This document shows, piece by piece, positions 27,985-35,996 of a stretch of DNA of 37,747 bases. Each line of letters opens with the position of its first letter. Within the stretch, counting starts at the first letter, position 1. The translations under genes and the position numbers were made by a program. This stretch comes from a virus (lineage: Duplodnaviria > Caudoviricetes): positions 1 to 37,747 of the IMG/VR virus record IMGVR_UViG_3300022908_000006; one strand, written 5' to 3'. The notes beneath the pieces were generated by a model that saw only the letters and a list, made by a program, of their open reading frames with translations, made no database searches and had not been told where the DNA came from.

Positions 27985-28303
27985 GGGTATCTCCTTTTCG
28001 GGCCCCAAGTTCAGCCGTAAGGCGGTCAATATCTCCTTGGATGATGTCGGCTATATATTCGCCCAAGATAACCGTCGAGTCCCTAGTAGGGTTCTTTGCA
28101 TCGGCTGGTATCTCCGTGCGGCGCAATACTCTGTCCCTTGCCAGTCTCGTGGCTTCTACCTTGCCTTCAACCACCTTACGATTGATGAGGGATTGGATAG
28201 CTTGACGAGCACGCTTAAGCTCTGGCCGCCCGTCGGTATCTTGGTCGTAGGCAACGCCGTACTCTTGTAGTATCTCGTCTATCTCTTCCTCTAGTGTTTT
28301 CAC
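27977..28303 (-). CDS. Hypothetical helical protein
   Basis: AAGGAG SD; GTGA coupling. Confidence 0.6.
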   Translation of the reverse strand: MKTLEEEIDEILQEYGVAYDQDTDGRPELKRARQAIQSLINRKVVEGKVEATRLARDRVLRRTEIPADAKNPTRDSTVILGEYIADIIQGDIDRLTAELGARKGDTHE

Positions 28304-28461
28304 GCTGTGGACTCCTTTATTCTTACTACCTCTTTACCGCACTCGGTACACTGCTGCCTAGTGATGTACTTATGTCCGTATACCGTGCCACTATCAACGA
28401 TAACGAGGTCGACTGTCCAATGTTCTAACGTTTTCCAGTGATGTCTATGAAACCAGCTCAT
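28300..28461 (-). CDS. 53-aa HxW...CxxCG Zn-ribbon-like protein
   Basis: Not in track; MSWFHRHHWK...CTECGK; coupled at both ends. Confidence 0.55.
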   Translation of the reverse strand: MSWFHRHHWKTLEHWTVDLVIVDSGTVYGHKYITRQQCTECGKEVVRIKESTA

Positions 28462-28598
28462 AGTTCGCCAGCCCTTTTCAGCGCTACTTCTGGGGCGGGG
28501 CCCACATCTTCCTTGAATGCAGACATTAAAGCTTCGTCTGAGTTATCAAAGCCTTCTTCGTGGGCCACTTCTTCTAGGTCTTTGTATGGGTTAATCAT
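28458..28598 (-). CDS. 46-aa acidic hypothetical protein
   Basis: Not in track; MINPYKDLEEVAHEEG...; AAGGAG SD. Confidence 0.5.
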   Translation of the reverse strand: MINPYKDLEEVAHEEGFDNSDEALMSAFKEDVGPAPEVALKRAGEL

Positions 28599-28857
28599 TA
28601 TTCTTCTCCTTAGCTTCTAGTAGGATGGTGCGTACCTCAGTTAAAGCCTGGTTGAAGCCCCAACCAGATACAGTTTTGCCATCTCTCTCTTCTGGTAAAG
28701 CCTGTAGGATAGCAGATAAGATTGCGTTAGTCGCTTCGTTAATATCTAGCTCACCGCTAAGATTAGTCTCTCGGTAAGTATTCTTTGCTTTGTTTTGTAA
28801 GCGTCTAAAAACACGTTTAACTTCGTTTCTTGCCCACTCGGGAGATTTGCTACTCAT
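28591..28857 (-). CDS. Hypothetical protein
   Basis: Coupled ORF; GFNQAL motif common in small phage proteins. Confidence 0.6.
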   Translation of the reverse strand: MSSKSPEWARNEVKRVFRRLQNKAKNTYRETNLSGELDINEATNAILSAILQALPEERDGKTVSGWGFNQALTEVRTILLEAKEKNND

Positions 28858-29312
28858 TCTGTCATACCCCCTATAGATGAGAGCTGAGATTGAGACAGCT
28901 TACCTAAAAACCTGCGATAGCGTTGGTCGCTTGCGTGAATGTTTCGACACACACGACAAACCTTCCACTGCTGCTTAGGATAGATGTAGGTATTGTCATC
29001 AGTCATTGCATGACCCCTTTTACAGACCTTACCAGTCCAGTCTGCTGGAAACTCCTTGGCTGCACCAGCATCAAAGTATCTATGACAGCTGCGGCATAAC
29101 CTTGCCCAATCAGATAAGTCCTTCTTGTACTCTCCGCTTATATTAGCCCAATCGTAGATACTTTCCTCTCTTGAACCACAGTTTTCACACTCCATTGGTC
29201 TACCAAGTTTAGCGTATACCCATTCATGAAGGTACTGATATTGCCATATAGTCAAAACGCCGTCCTGTACAGCCCTTACGACCCTCCATTTCATCCGTAG
29301 TTCTTCATTCAT
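28854..29312 (-). CDS. HNH-like endonuclease with C-terminal Cys/His domain
   Basis: LHEWV, CENCG, WANISG, LCRSCH, then CKRGH...NTY...CRVC. Confidence 0.8.
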   Translation of the reverse strand: MNEELRMKWRVVRAVQDGVLTIWQYQYLHEWVYAKLGRPMECENCGSREESIYDWANISGEYKKDLSDWARLCRSCHRYFDAGAAKEFPADWTGKVCKRGHAMTDDNTYIYPKQQWKVCRVCRNIHASDQRYRRFLGKLSQSQLSSIGGMTE

Positions 29313-29375
29313 AGACTTTTCCTTATCTCTTTAATAGACTTAGCCAGCTCATAGTAGACCTTGAAGTTGATTTGT

Positions 29376-29636
29376 TTACTTACCTTCACGGTTCCACCTT
29401 ACTGCCATGCCCTTACGGCCCCGTTCCTGGCGTTCCTCTAGGGTAAGAGTGGCTGCCCCCTTCTTTACTCCGGTTACTTTCCCGCCGAGGGCCCCAAGTT
29501 CCTTGTACTTTGTGGGGTTTTCTTTCTTCTCTTTCGCAACACGCTTTAGAGCGCTCTTACTGCGGTTATTCTTATACACCAGTACGTCTATAACGTTATC
29601 TGGCTTTGGTAGTTTGCTTGCTTCATCTCTGGTCAT
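29376..29636 (-). CDS. Basic protein with KGG-like motifs
   Basis: YKELGALGG, RGRKG. Confidence 0.6.
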   Translation of the reverse strand: MTRDEASKLPKPDNVIDVLVYKNNRSKSALKRVAKEKKENPTKYKELGALGGKVTGVKKGAATLTLEERQERGRKGMAVRWNREGK

Positions 29637-29637
29637 A

Positions 29638-29781
29638 TTATATCCGTTCTGGCTTCTTAAGGCCCCACGTTGCTTTTTTAATCCTGTATTTAGTTGTCTG
29701 AAACATAATGGCTAGTTCTTCGTAGGTGAACCCTTCTAACAGAAGCTCCCTCATACGATCTACGTCTAGTCTATATCTCAC
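29638..29781 (-). CDS. 47-aa helix-turn-helix protein (MRYRLDVDRMRELLLEGFTYEELAIMFQTTKYRIKKATWGLKKPERI)
   Basis: Not in track; GTGA coupling; G-x-T-Y-E-E-L-A-x-x-F pattern of an HTH. Confidence 0.6.
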   Translation of the reverse strand: MRYRLDVDRMRELLLEGFTYEELAIMFQTTKYRIKKATWGLKKPERI

Positions 29782-30134
29782 AGTATTGTGACCCACTCTC
29801 CATCTCGCATCTCTACACGAGGCTTGGGGTTGACTATGGCTGCTTTCACTGCTTCGTGTCCCGAATGGATATCGCGCTCGCTCTCAAAAGCTTCTTTTCT
29901 AGCTTGGTCAGCTTCATCGCTGTACTGGATAAGTCCCATGACATGCAAATCCCTTCTTCTCCTTGTCACCGTCTCGCTTCTTGTAACGCGTGACAGGTTC
30001 CAGTATAGTGATTTACCGTCTTGCCATCCTTCTTTGATCCACACGGCCTCTAAAAGCCGTATATCATCGTTCTCAACGCCAGGGTTCTCCTGGATTGCAT
30101 CGTAGACTAGTTGGAGCTTCTTATTCAGCTTCAT
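29778..30134 (-). CDS. Hypothetical protein, possible winged-helix DNA binder
   Basis: ETVTRRRRDL...GLI; ATGA-coupled start MKLNKK. Confidence 0.6.
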   Translation of the reverse strand: MKLNKKLQLVYDAIQENPGVENDDIRLLEAVWIKEGWQDGKSLYWNLSRVTRSETVTRRRRDLHVMGLIQYSDEADQARKEAFESERDIHSGHEAVKAAIVNPKPRVEMRDGEWVTIL

Positions 30135-30418
30135 AGCCCCAGCAGCTTTCTCCACCAAGGCTTGGGTGCTACATAGACTGGCATCGTATACCTCATCACC
30201 GTCGGCTTACGGTACTTCCCTTCACCGGTCTTGATTCCCTTACGAGACGACTTCCTGCCGCCTGCCGCACCAGCTACTTTAGCTAGTTCGCGGTTCATCG
30301 CAAAACCAGTCCCCAGACTGTTCTGGCCCCCAATAGTGCCGATCCGTTTATAGAAGTCTGGGTCTCTTGCCAGTATCTTAGCCTTTACCTTAGCGGCTCC
30401 TTCAGCAGTCCCACTCAT
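30131..30418 (-). CDS. KGG-repeat stress-induced/general-stress-like protein
   Basis: MSGT.EG..K, DFYKRIG.IGG, GFA.N.ELAK.AG..GGRKS. Confidence 0.75.
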   Translation of the reverse strand: MSGTAEGAAKVKAKILARDPDFYKRIGTIGGQNSLGTGFAMNRELAKVAGAAGGRKSSRKGIKTGEGKYRKPTVMRYTMPVYVAPKPWWRKLLGL

Positions 30419-30420
30419 GG

Positions 30421-30654
30421 CTAGTAACTCCGGTCCGCTTGCTCTTTAACCCAAGCATCGTTAATGGCGTCGTCTTTGCCTTCTTCAGCAGTGGCTACAA
30501 TCTTATCAAAGGCGTCGTCTGCTAGTTGCGAGTAGGCTGAGGCGTCGTCGAATGAATCACCAGTGTAGCTAATAATAGTATCTCCATCCTCGTTATAGGC
30601 CCTGAGTTCAAAGATAATTCCGTTTTTCTCTATGTATTGTTCTCGTGCTTCCAT
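30421..30654 (-). CDS. 77-aa acidic early protein
   Basis: GAAGGAG SD; first gene after promoter 30680-30708; about 20 D/E versus 7 K/R. Confidence 0.7.
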   Translation of the reverse strand: MEAREQYIEKNGIIFELRAYNEDGDTIISYTGDSFDDASAYSQLADDAFDKIVATAEEGKDDAINDAWVKEQADRSY

Positions 30655-30679
30655 GTGTATCTCCTTCTTAGATAGTCTC

Positions 30680-30708
30680 AGTATAGCACTTCCGCTTACA
30701 CTATGCAA
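30680..30708 (-). promoter_or_regulatory. Promoter TTGCAT-N17-TATACT carrying the 17-bp operator-like motif (30690-30706)
   Basis: Hexamers and spacing read directly; motif TTCCGCTTACACTATGC on +. Confidence 0.75.
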
Positions 30709-30709
30709 T

Positions 30710-30738
30710 AGAAAAAGACAGTTTCTAGCTGTCTCTCC
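30710..30738 (-). terminator. Intrinsic terminator
   Basis: Minus strand AGACAG-CTAGAAA-CTGTCT-TTTTCT. Confidence 0.65.
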
Positions 30739-30767
30739 ACATGATCTTTAGACGGGACCATTCTCTC

Positions 30768-30923
30768 TTAAACCACTGTGACAACATAGGGGGTATTTGC
30801 TCCATTGTTATCTACCCACTCAACACTCCAGGCCTTTGGAAACATCATCCATATACCCCGTGAGCCGTCTTCGTTGATATGCTCACGCTTGACTTCTTCG
30901 TATACTTTAACTGGTATCTTCAC
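30768..30923 (-). CDS. 51-aa hypothetical protein
   Basis: Not in track; AAGGAG SD, GTG start, MKIPVKVYEEV... Confidence 0.5.
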   Translation of the reverse strand: MKIPVKVYEEVKREHINEDGSRGIWMMFPKAWSVEWVDNNGANTPYVVTVV

Positions 30924-31024
30924 CTCGCTCCTTACTATTCTATTACTTAGAGTTACTCTTTATCTGATGACCCTATCGCTTTTCATTCGTGAAGCTTCAC
31001 TATTAGTTATCTACTCTTAGGGGG

Positions 31025-31162
31025 TTAAGGTTTAACCAGTATCGTTGCGGTGTTCTGGTTATTGAGGACGACCCTCGTGAGCTGCCGTATAACCTCTGGT
31101 GTCCCCGTTTGTAAGACTAGGATTTCATCCGTTGCTTCGTCTTGTACTATGTACTGTTTCAT
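31025..31162 (-). CDS. 45-aa hypothetical protein
   Basis: Not in track; GAAAGGAG SD, MKQYIVQDEATDEIL... Confidence 0.55.
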   Translation of the reverse strand: MKQYIVQDEATDEILVLQTGTPEVIRQLTRVVLNNQNTATILVKP

Positions 31163-31198
31163 AATAGTCTCCTTTCTTAATGTGTTATGTATTCTCTA

Positions 31199-32145
31199 GT
31201 AAGGAGGGCAAAGTGCTGGCAGCAAAGATAGGTTTCATATTTAGCCCGACGTATCAAGGCAGGCATCGGGGAATCATCTTACTACCCCGTAACTTTGACG
31301 GTATGAGCCGCCATGTGCTACTTCTTACACAAGCTCTTCATACGAAAGCCTTACTGCTAGCATTTCACTCTACTTACAAATGGTTTATTAAAGACAGGAG
31401 CCTGGCCTAAAGTTTTCTTCTCAGCCCCGCCTAGGACGGCCGATTGGTTACGGTTCGCTCGAGAAATGAAGGTTTATAACTCCTTCACCCTAAAGGCCAC
31501 GATTCTGTCTTTAATGTATATCAAGGTACTAATCTCTGCACATATGTGGAAGCAAGGTGACGGACTTCCCCTTTAAAGCTCAGAAATCAACCCGAGCCAA
31601 CAGACTTAAATATCTAACCAGAGACTAGGCTGGTCGGCTGAAAGTGTCCTACATGCCGTTGCATATTGAGTGACCGAAGCCACTACGATAGTCGCGCTTT
31701 ATTCTGCGAGGTCTCACCCAGATACTCATTGATGTTATCGCAGGAGTAGGCATTTCTTTCTACTTCCACATACGCACAGAGATTTCAATGTACTTGGTTA
31801 CCCAGTAATAGCATGGCCGTTGTACTCACTCAGCTCGAAAGCCTTGTGGTTCCGCGGGTTGCCCCTTTGGAAGCCCTCTATTACTGGGATGTCTAGTAGC
31901 ACTGAGTCTTTATCTGCCAAAACGGTCCAGTCGTTTAACTGGTGACAGTACTGGGCGTTACCTTTTAAGTACACCACACTCATCATGTACTCACTACTAG
32001 ACTTTGACCTCTCACCTAAGCCGAAGCTTTTAAAGTGATTGGGACCTTTTGTGTTGCCAACGAGGAGGCTAACAGTTTCAGGAAGTCTCTCGTTATGGCC
32101 CAGACTCCGCGTTGTAGCTTAGAGCTACCGGCCGAGTCTTTGGGC
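31199..32145 (-). ncRNA. Candidate large multi-domain structured RNA (or array of structured RNAs), family not recognised
   Basis: Consecutive inverted-repeat-closed domains 31199-31377, 31387-31515, 31531-31784, 31801-31888, 31891-32002, 32098-32145; no convincing CDS. Confidence 0.6.
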
Positions 32146-32155
32146 AACGTCTTTA

Positions 32156-32506
32156 TTATAACCACTTAAGGTACGATTTGTTCTGAAACGCGCTCCAAGC
32201 TTTGAAACCCGAGCCTTTGTAGATAGCATACGCAGCGGCTACATTCTTCTCAGGGTTAAACCTGTCCTCTGAACTTATAAGCCCGCTATCTACATGGATA
32301 CTATTCACTTGCCACAGGCCAGCGTCGTTTGTACCATTGCTGTTAGCTCCGTTATACGCCTGGGGGTTTCCGTGACTCTCTGCCATACATACCGCATGGG
32401 CCACAGTCACGTCCCAATCGTACTTACTGGCTAGGTCACAGTTTAAAGGTGCGGGTGTTGTCTTAACTTCTTCTACAGGAGCGACAACTACTTCTGGAGG
32501 GTTTTT
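32156..32506 (-). CDS. Lytic transglycosylase (SLT/lysozyme-like) domain, probably reached by -1 frameshift from 32488-32697
   Basis: AESHGNPQA (catalytic Glu), GLWQVN, NVAAA, WSAF motifs; frame open upstream through a P/E/V/T linker with no ATG or SD. Confidence 0.75.
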   Translation of the reverse strand, partial: KNPPEVVVAPVEEVKTTPAPLNCDLASKYDWDVTVAHAVCMAESHGNPQAYNGANSNGTNDAGLWQVNSIHVDSGLISSEDRFNPEKNVAAAYAIYKGSGFKAWSAFQNKSYLKWL

Positions 32507-32697
32507 ACTACTTCGCGCTGTTCAAGGCGATAGTCTACTCGTGAAGCTACTTCTGCTTCAAAGTTACTACGGCCAATCCAGCCACCGATGAATGAACCGA
32601 TTAAGGCTACAGCCATGGTGATCGCGATGAGCAGTGTCTTAACTTTAATAGTACGTGCTTGCTTCTGATCTTTAATGAACTTTTCTTTGTTTGTCAT
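32488..32697 (-). CDS. Single-TM membrane protein (possible anchor for the transglycosylase)
   Basis: AAGGAGG SD; hydrophobic LLIAITMAVALIGSFIGGWIG. Confidence 0.75.
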   Translation of the reverse strand: MTNKEKFIKDQKQARTIKVKTLLIAITMAVALIGSFIGGWIGRSNFEAEVASRVDYRLEQREVVKTLQK

Positions 32698-32720
32698 TGC
32701 TGACCTCCTTTTTATTTTGT

Positions 32721-32813
32721 ATTAGGCTGCATGGTACCAGGAACCGCTGGACTACTGCTAATCTTCGTCCCTACTACAAATCTTCGGGATTCCCAGTGCT
32801 ACTACAGCCTAAT
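32721..32813 (-). promoter_or_regulatory. Long imperfect stem-loop in the ~210-nt leader
   Basis: ATTAGGCTG (32721-32729) pairs CAGCCTAAT (32805-32813) and extends inward to about 23 bp. Confidence 0.55.
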
Positions 32814-32912
32814 TGTTAATTGGTGAACCGTTGTGGGGTGACTTATACCGTAGTGTCCTGAGAGTCTGCATCTCGCCCTGGTTCTGTGCGATCCTTCTTT
32901 AGATCTGAACTC

Positions 32913-32941
32913 AGTGTAGCATAGTGTAAGCGGAACTACAA
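32913..32941 (-). promoter_or_regulatory. Promoter TTGTAG-N17-TACACT whose spacer is exactly the 17-bp motif (32919-32935)
   Basis: Read directly. Confidence 0.7.
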
Positions 32942-33508
32942 GTATGTTTTTACAAGTCTGGTGTATTTTTCTAGTAACTCCCTAAGCTCAGCAGGGGTAG
33001 TGTACTTTCCTGTTTGCTTTGACTTCACTTCTAGCTGGTCTACGAACTCTCTCCCGTAACGGTCAATCATATACTTTGTGTAGTTGATATAGTTCCCCTT
33101 GAGCGCCACATTACACCGGTAGTCTTGAACATGGCAGTTGTCTTCATCCCACCTCGTAGGTATTCTGCCCCTCGAATAGAAGTGACCATTTTGCATTTGT
33201 TTCCATGGAGCTACTGCACCACACGTTATACAGGTCGCTATACCATCTCTAGAGTCTTTGAGGCGGATGTATTGTGAGAACACGCTATCTAACTGCCTTA
33301 CAAGGACTGCGCGGCTTGTAGCGCGGGCTTTAAACGGCTTGCGAGGTTTCTTATCAGGGAGTATTTCTTTTTCCCATGCCTTATCTCTGGTAAGCTTCAC
33401 CGGGCCATGTTTGGTAGCTTTTTTGGGCTTGTGGTACATGGCTGTGTGGAAGATAGAACCACAGACCGCGCCATCTTCTAGTACGAACTTACAGGTTTGC
33501 TGCTTCAT
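32936..33508 (-). CDS. ninG: NinG/Rap-family recombination endonuclease
   Basis: FSQYIRLKD, CITCG, GHFYSR, TRWDEDNCHVQ...CN...GN. Confidence 0.85.
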   Translation of the reverse strand: MKQQTCKFVLEDGAVCGSIFHTAMYHKPKKATKHGPVKLTRDKAWEKEILPDKKPRKPFKARATSRAVLVRQLDSVFSQYIRLKDSRDGIATCITCGAVAPWKQMQNGHFYSRGRIPTRWDEDNCHVQDYRCNVALKGNYINYTKYMIDRYGREFVDQLEVKSKQTGKYTTPAELRELLEKYTRLVKTYL

Positions 33509-33516
33509 AGGCTCCT

Positions 33517-33720
33517 TTACTTAGTGCTAGGCTCAAACTTTTTCATGAAGTCTTCTTGACTCATGCTATAGGTTTCACGGGGCACGTACAATACAGCATC
33601 CTCTGGTAAAAGGATTATGGTACCTGGCTCTGTCAGCTTATCCCCGACCACGGCCTTAAGCCATGCCTCGTCCTTAGTAAATATGACTGGCGAGATTGTG
33701 TATACTGGTATTTCACTCAT
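33517..33720 (-). CDS. Hypothetical protein
   Basis: Co-oriented ORF in dense early run. Confidence 0.55.
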   Translation of the reverse strand: MSEIPVYTISPVIFTKDEAWLKAVVGDKLTEPGTIILLPEDAVLYVPRETYSMSQEDFMKKFEPSTK

Positions 33721-33721
33721 G

Positions 33722-34003
33722 TTATATATCTTCCTGTTGGGTTAGATTTTCCAGTTCGTTGTTAATCCAGCCTCGCATAGTTGCAACGCTTGGGTGGTCA
33801 GACTCAAACTTAGCTTTCATTCGTTCCAGTAAGTCGGCTTTCTCCCCAACAACGATTGCTTCGATAGCGTCAATCTGTGACTCTTTAACTGATAAATGCG
33901 TAACGGGAGGGTCATTTATCATTCCACTGCCCGTGGCTATCTGCTTCATCCAATTCTTCATTAGCGATTTGCCAATTCTGAATCTCAATTTTTCATCTGC
34001 CAT
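33722..34003 (-). CDS. Hypothetical protein
   Basis: AAGGAG SD. Confidence 0.6.
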   Translation of the reverse strand: MADEKLRFRIGKSLMKNWMKQIATGSGMINDPPVTHLSVKESQIDAIEAIVVGEKADLLERMKAKFESDHPSVATMRGWINNELENLTQQEDI

Positions 34004-34029
34004 CTTATTCTCCTTATACTACTTAGTGA

Positions 34030-34290
34030 TTACGCTGATTCTTTTTCCATCAGGATTCGCTTCTGTCTTTTATCCAACGCTCTGTCAATCATGCCTGCAA
34101 GCCCACTTATTGGTTCGCCTTTTTCTTTTAACACCCATAGACGCCACTTCATGTTTTTTAGGTCTTCCTCAAGTAGTTCATCGTTCTCAAAACAGTCATC
34201 GAGAGCAACATACCAATGCACGACTTGCATAGACCTTGCCACTTGCACTAGTTCCCATATCTCATCTCGGACTTCTGAAATCTTTGTCAT
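34030..34290 (-). CDS. Hypothetical protein
   Basis: GAAAGG SD. Confidence 0.6.
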   Translation of the reverse strand: MTKISEVRDEIWELVQVARSMQVVHWYVALDDCFENDELLEEDLKNMKWRLWVLKEKGEPISGLAGMIDRALDKRQKRILMEKESA

Positions 34291-34305
34291 AGTTACCTTT
34301 CTTTA

Positions 34306-34653
34306 TTACTTACTCTGTAGGGGGTCAGAGGACTTAGCGTTATTTTTGAATATTACATAGGGCTTTTTGAGATGTTTACTAGCTCTTAGAAACGATACTG
34401 CCTCGAACCAGTCAAATCGTGCGGGGGCGGGTTGTTCCTTGAACCAACTCATTAGTTCTCCTAGCACTTCTCTTTTCGCTTCAGTTGTTAGGTCAATTAT
34501 CTCATCAACTGCTTGGCTATCGTAGCTACCGTCAGGGTAGCGAGACACGTTTTTCACTATTGACCACACCTTGCTATATAGGATTGGGTCATGCTTTCCC
34601 TCTGCTACTGCATCTCCATAATCTCGTTCTGCATCGTCTGTAAAGTCGCTCAT
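34306..34653 (-). CDS. Hypothetical protein
   Basis: Co-oriented, 1 nt after upstream stop. Confidence 0.6.
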   Translation of the reverse strand: MSDFTDDAERDYGDAVAEGKHDPILYSKVWSIVKNVSRYPDGSYDSQAVDEIIDLTTEAKREVLGELMSWFKEQPAPARFDWFEAVSFLRASKHLKKPYVIFKNNAKSSDPLQSK

Positions 34654-34654
34654 A

Positions 34655-34918
34655 CTATCCCTCTAAGTCCTTTAATTTCTGACTGAGAAGTTGTCCAACC
34701 ATATCTAATCGCTTGTTCATTCCACGTTCGAAAGATTTATCTTTATCAGTCCAGCCACTTATTTGAAGTTCTTGGACGATATTTAGAAGTAATCGTCTTT
34801 GGGCTTTTCTAACTAAGTCTTTCAATTTCTCAACACGTTGAGTAGTAAATGGATAATTAACGTCCATTATTTCGTTCAATTCCCCTTCCCACCTCTCTAT
34901 ATAGCTAATCTCTTTCAT
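34655..34918 (-). CDS. Hypothetical protein
   Basis: GAGGAG SD; ATGA coupling. Confidence 0.6.
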   Translation of the reverse strand: MKEISYIERWEGELNEIMDVNYPFTTQRVEKLKDLVRKAQRRLLLNIVQELQISGWTDKDKSFERGMNKRLDMVGQLLSQKLKDLEG

Positions 34919-35070
34919 ACCAACTCCTCTACTTTATCTACATCGACAAACTCAGGTTGCTGAAAACTAGACCGCTTTAGCGCCTCGTCTATTGCCTGCT
35001 CTTCATCTCTAGCAAGAACACGGATTACTTCAACCCAATCTTCCCTAATAGCAATACTGTACTCCTTCAT
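34915..35070 (-). CDS. 51-aa hypothetical protein (V.A.DEEQAI..A motif)
   Basis: Not in track; MKEYSIAIREDWVEVIRVLARDEEQAIDEA... Confidence 0.55.
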   Translation of the reverse strand: MKEYSIAIREDWVEVIRVLARDEEQAIDEALKRSSFQQPEFVDVDKVEELV

Positions 35071-35071
35071 A

Positions 35072-35236
35072 CTATCTCTCTTCTGTTGTGTTAGTTAACT
35101 TACCCCAATAAGGTGAGTAATGTATTTCTTCGTAACCTTCAGTTTCCTCGACATACTTAAATAAGTTAGTGAGCGTGTCTAGTTGTTCAGGAGTGACCTC
35201 GATTAAAAAGTTCTCTTTATTACTTGGTTGGTTCAC
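35072..35236 (-). CDS. 54-aa hypothetical protein
   Basis: Not in track; GTG start; fills the gap. Confidence 0.4.
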   Translation of the reverse strand: MNQPSNKENFLIEVTPEQLDTLTNLFKYVEETEGYEEIHYSPYWGKLTNTTEER

Positions 35237-35255
35237 TACTTATCATCCAATCCGT

Positions 35256-35876
35256 TTAGTTACCGAATATCTCAGTTAGTTCATTGTCGAGTGCGTCTGC
35301 TACGCTATTAGCATCTCCAATACTATCAATAGTCTCTTTTTTCAGCACCCCTTTGATGAATGCCTGCATCTGGTCTGGACGGGTATAATCCTGTTTAATC
35401 ATCCGCTCTTTAATCTGCGCTTTGGCTCTTGCTAGAACTTCTTGATCCGCCCCACTAGTAGTAGTGTCTGTATTAGCTTTACGTTCTGCTTTCTGAGCTT
35501 TCTTGGTCTGTTCACCGGCCGCGTCTTGGTCTACATCTGTCACGAGGCCTAGAATGGCACTCAAGCTGTACCTCTTGTAGTAGGTGATCGCTGATCCCAT
35601 AACTTGAAAGGTGTTCATCTTGGCCAGCGCAACGTCTTGTGGGATGTCTACTGAACTTTCGATGGTCTCTCCCGACTCGCTGTGGAACACAATCGTCTTA
35701 AGATTCGTCCCGTCCAGTAGTTGGGTGAAGCCTAGTCCGTGTCTTTTCATTCCAGGATTAACAATATCAAGTATCTGTCCCCAATCCGCGTAACTATAGC
35801 CAAAACCGGTCGTACCCTTAAAGATGTGCGGCACTTCTTGTTGGAAGGCCGCTAGCGACTTATATAATTCTTTCAT
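35256..35876 (-). CDS. erf: ERF-family single-strand annealing protein
   Basis: LAAFQ, GYSYAD, HGLGFTQ, FHSESGE, Q.MGSAITYYKRYSLSAILGL...DQDA. Confidence 0.9.
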   Translation of the reverse strand: MKELYKSLAAFQQEVPHIFKGTTGFGYSYADWGQILDIVNPGMKRHGLGFTQLLDGTNLKTIVFHSESGETIESSVDIPQDVALAKMNTFQVMGSAITYYKRYSLSAILGLVTDVDQDAAGEQTKKAQKAERKANTDTTTSGADQEVLARAKAQIKERMIKQDYTRPDQMQAFIKGVLKKETIDSIGDANSVADALDNELTEIFGN

Positions 35877-35969
35877 CTAGTTTGTCTCCGATGGACGTAC
35901 TCTATAGTCGGTCCCGTTTTGGGTCCCTAAGTAATACGTTGATGGCTCGATAATAACTTTGATCTTCAT
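35877..35969 (-). CDS. 30-aa first early peptide
   Basis: Not in track; GAAGGAG SD directly after promoter. Confidence 0.5.
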   Translation of the reverse strand: MKIKVIIEPSTYYLGTQNGTDYRVRPSETN

Positions 35970-35996
35970 GCGTGACTCCTTCTTTAGTCTGTCTCT

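Noticed and set aside
31180-31986. ORFs 31180-31410 (+) and 31798-31986 (-) as proteins
   Set aside because: No clear SD or motifs and both overlap long inverted repeats; the second cannot be fully excluded
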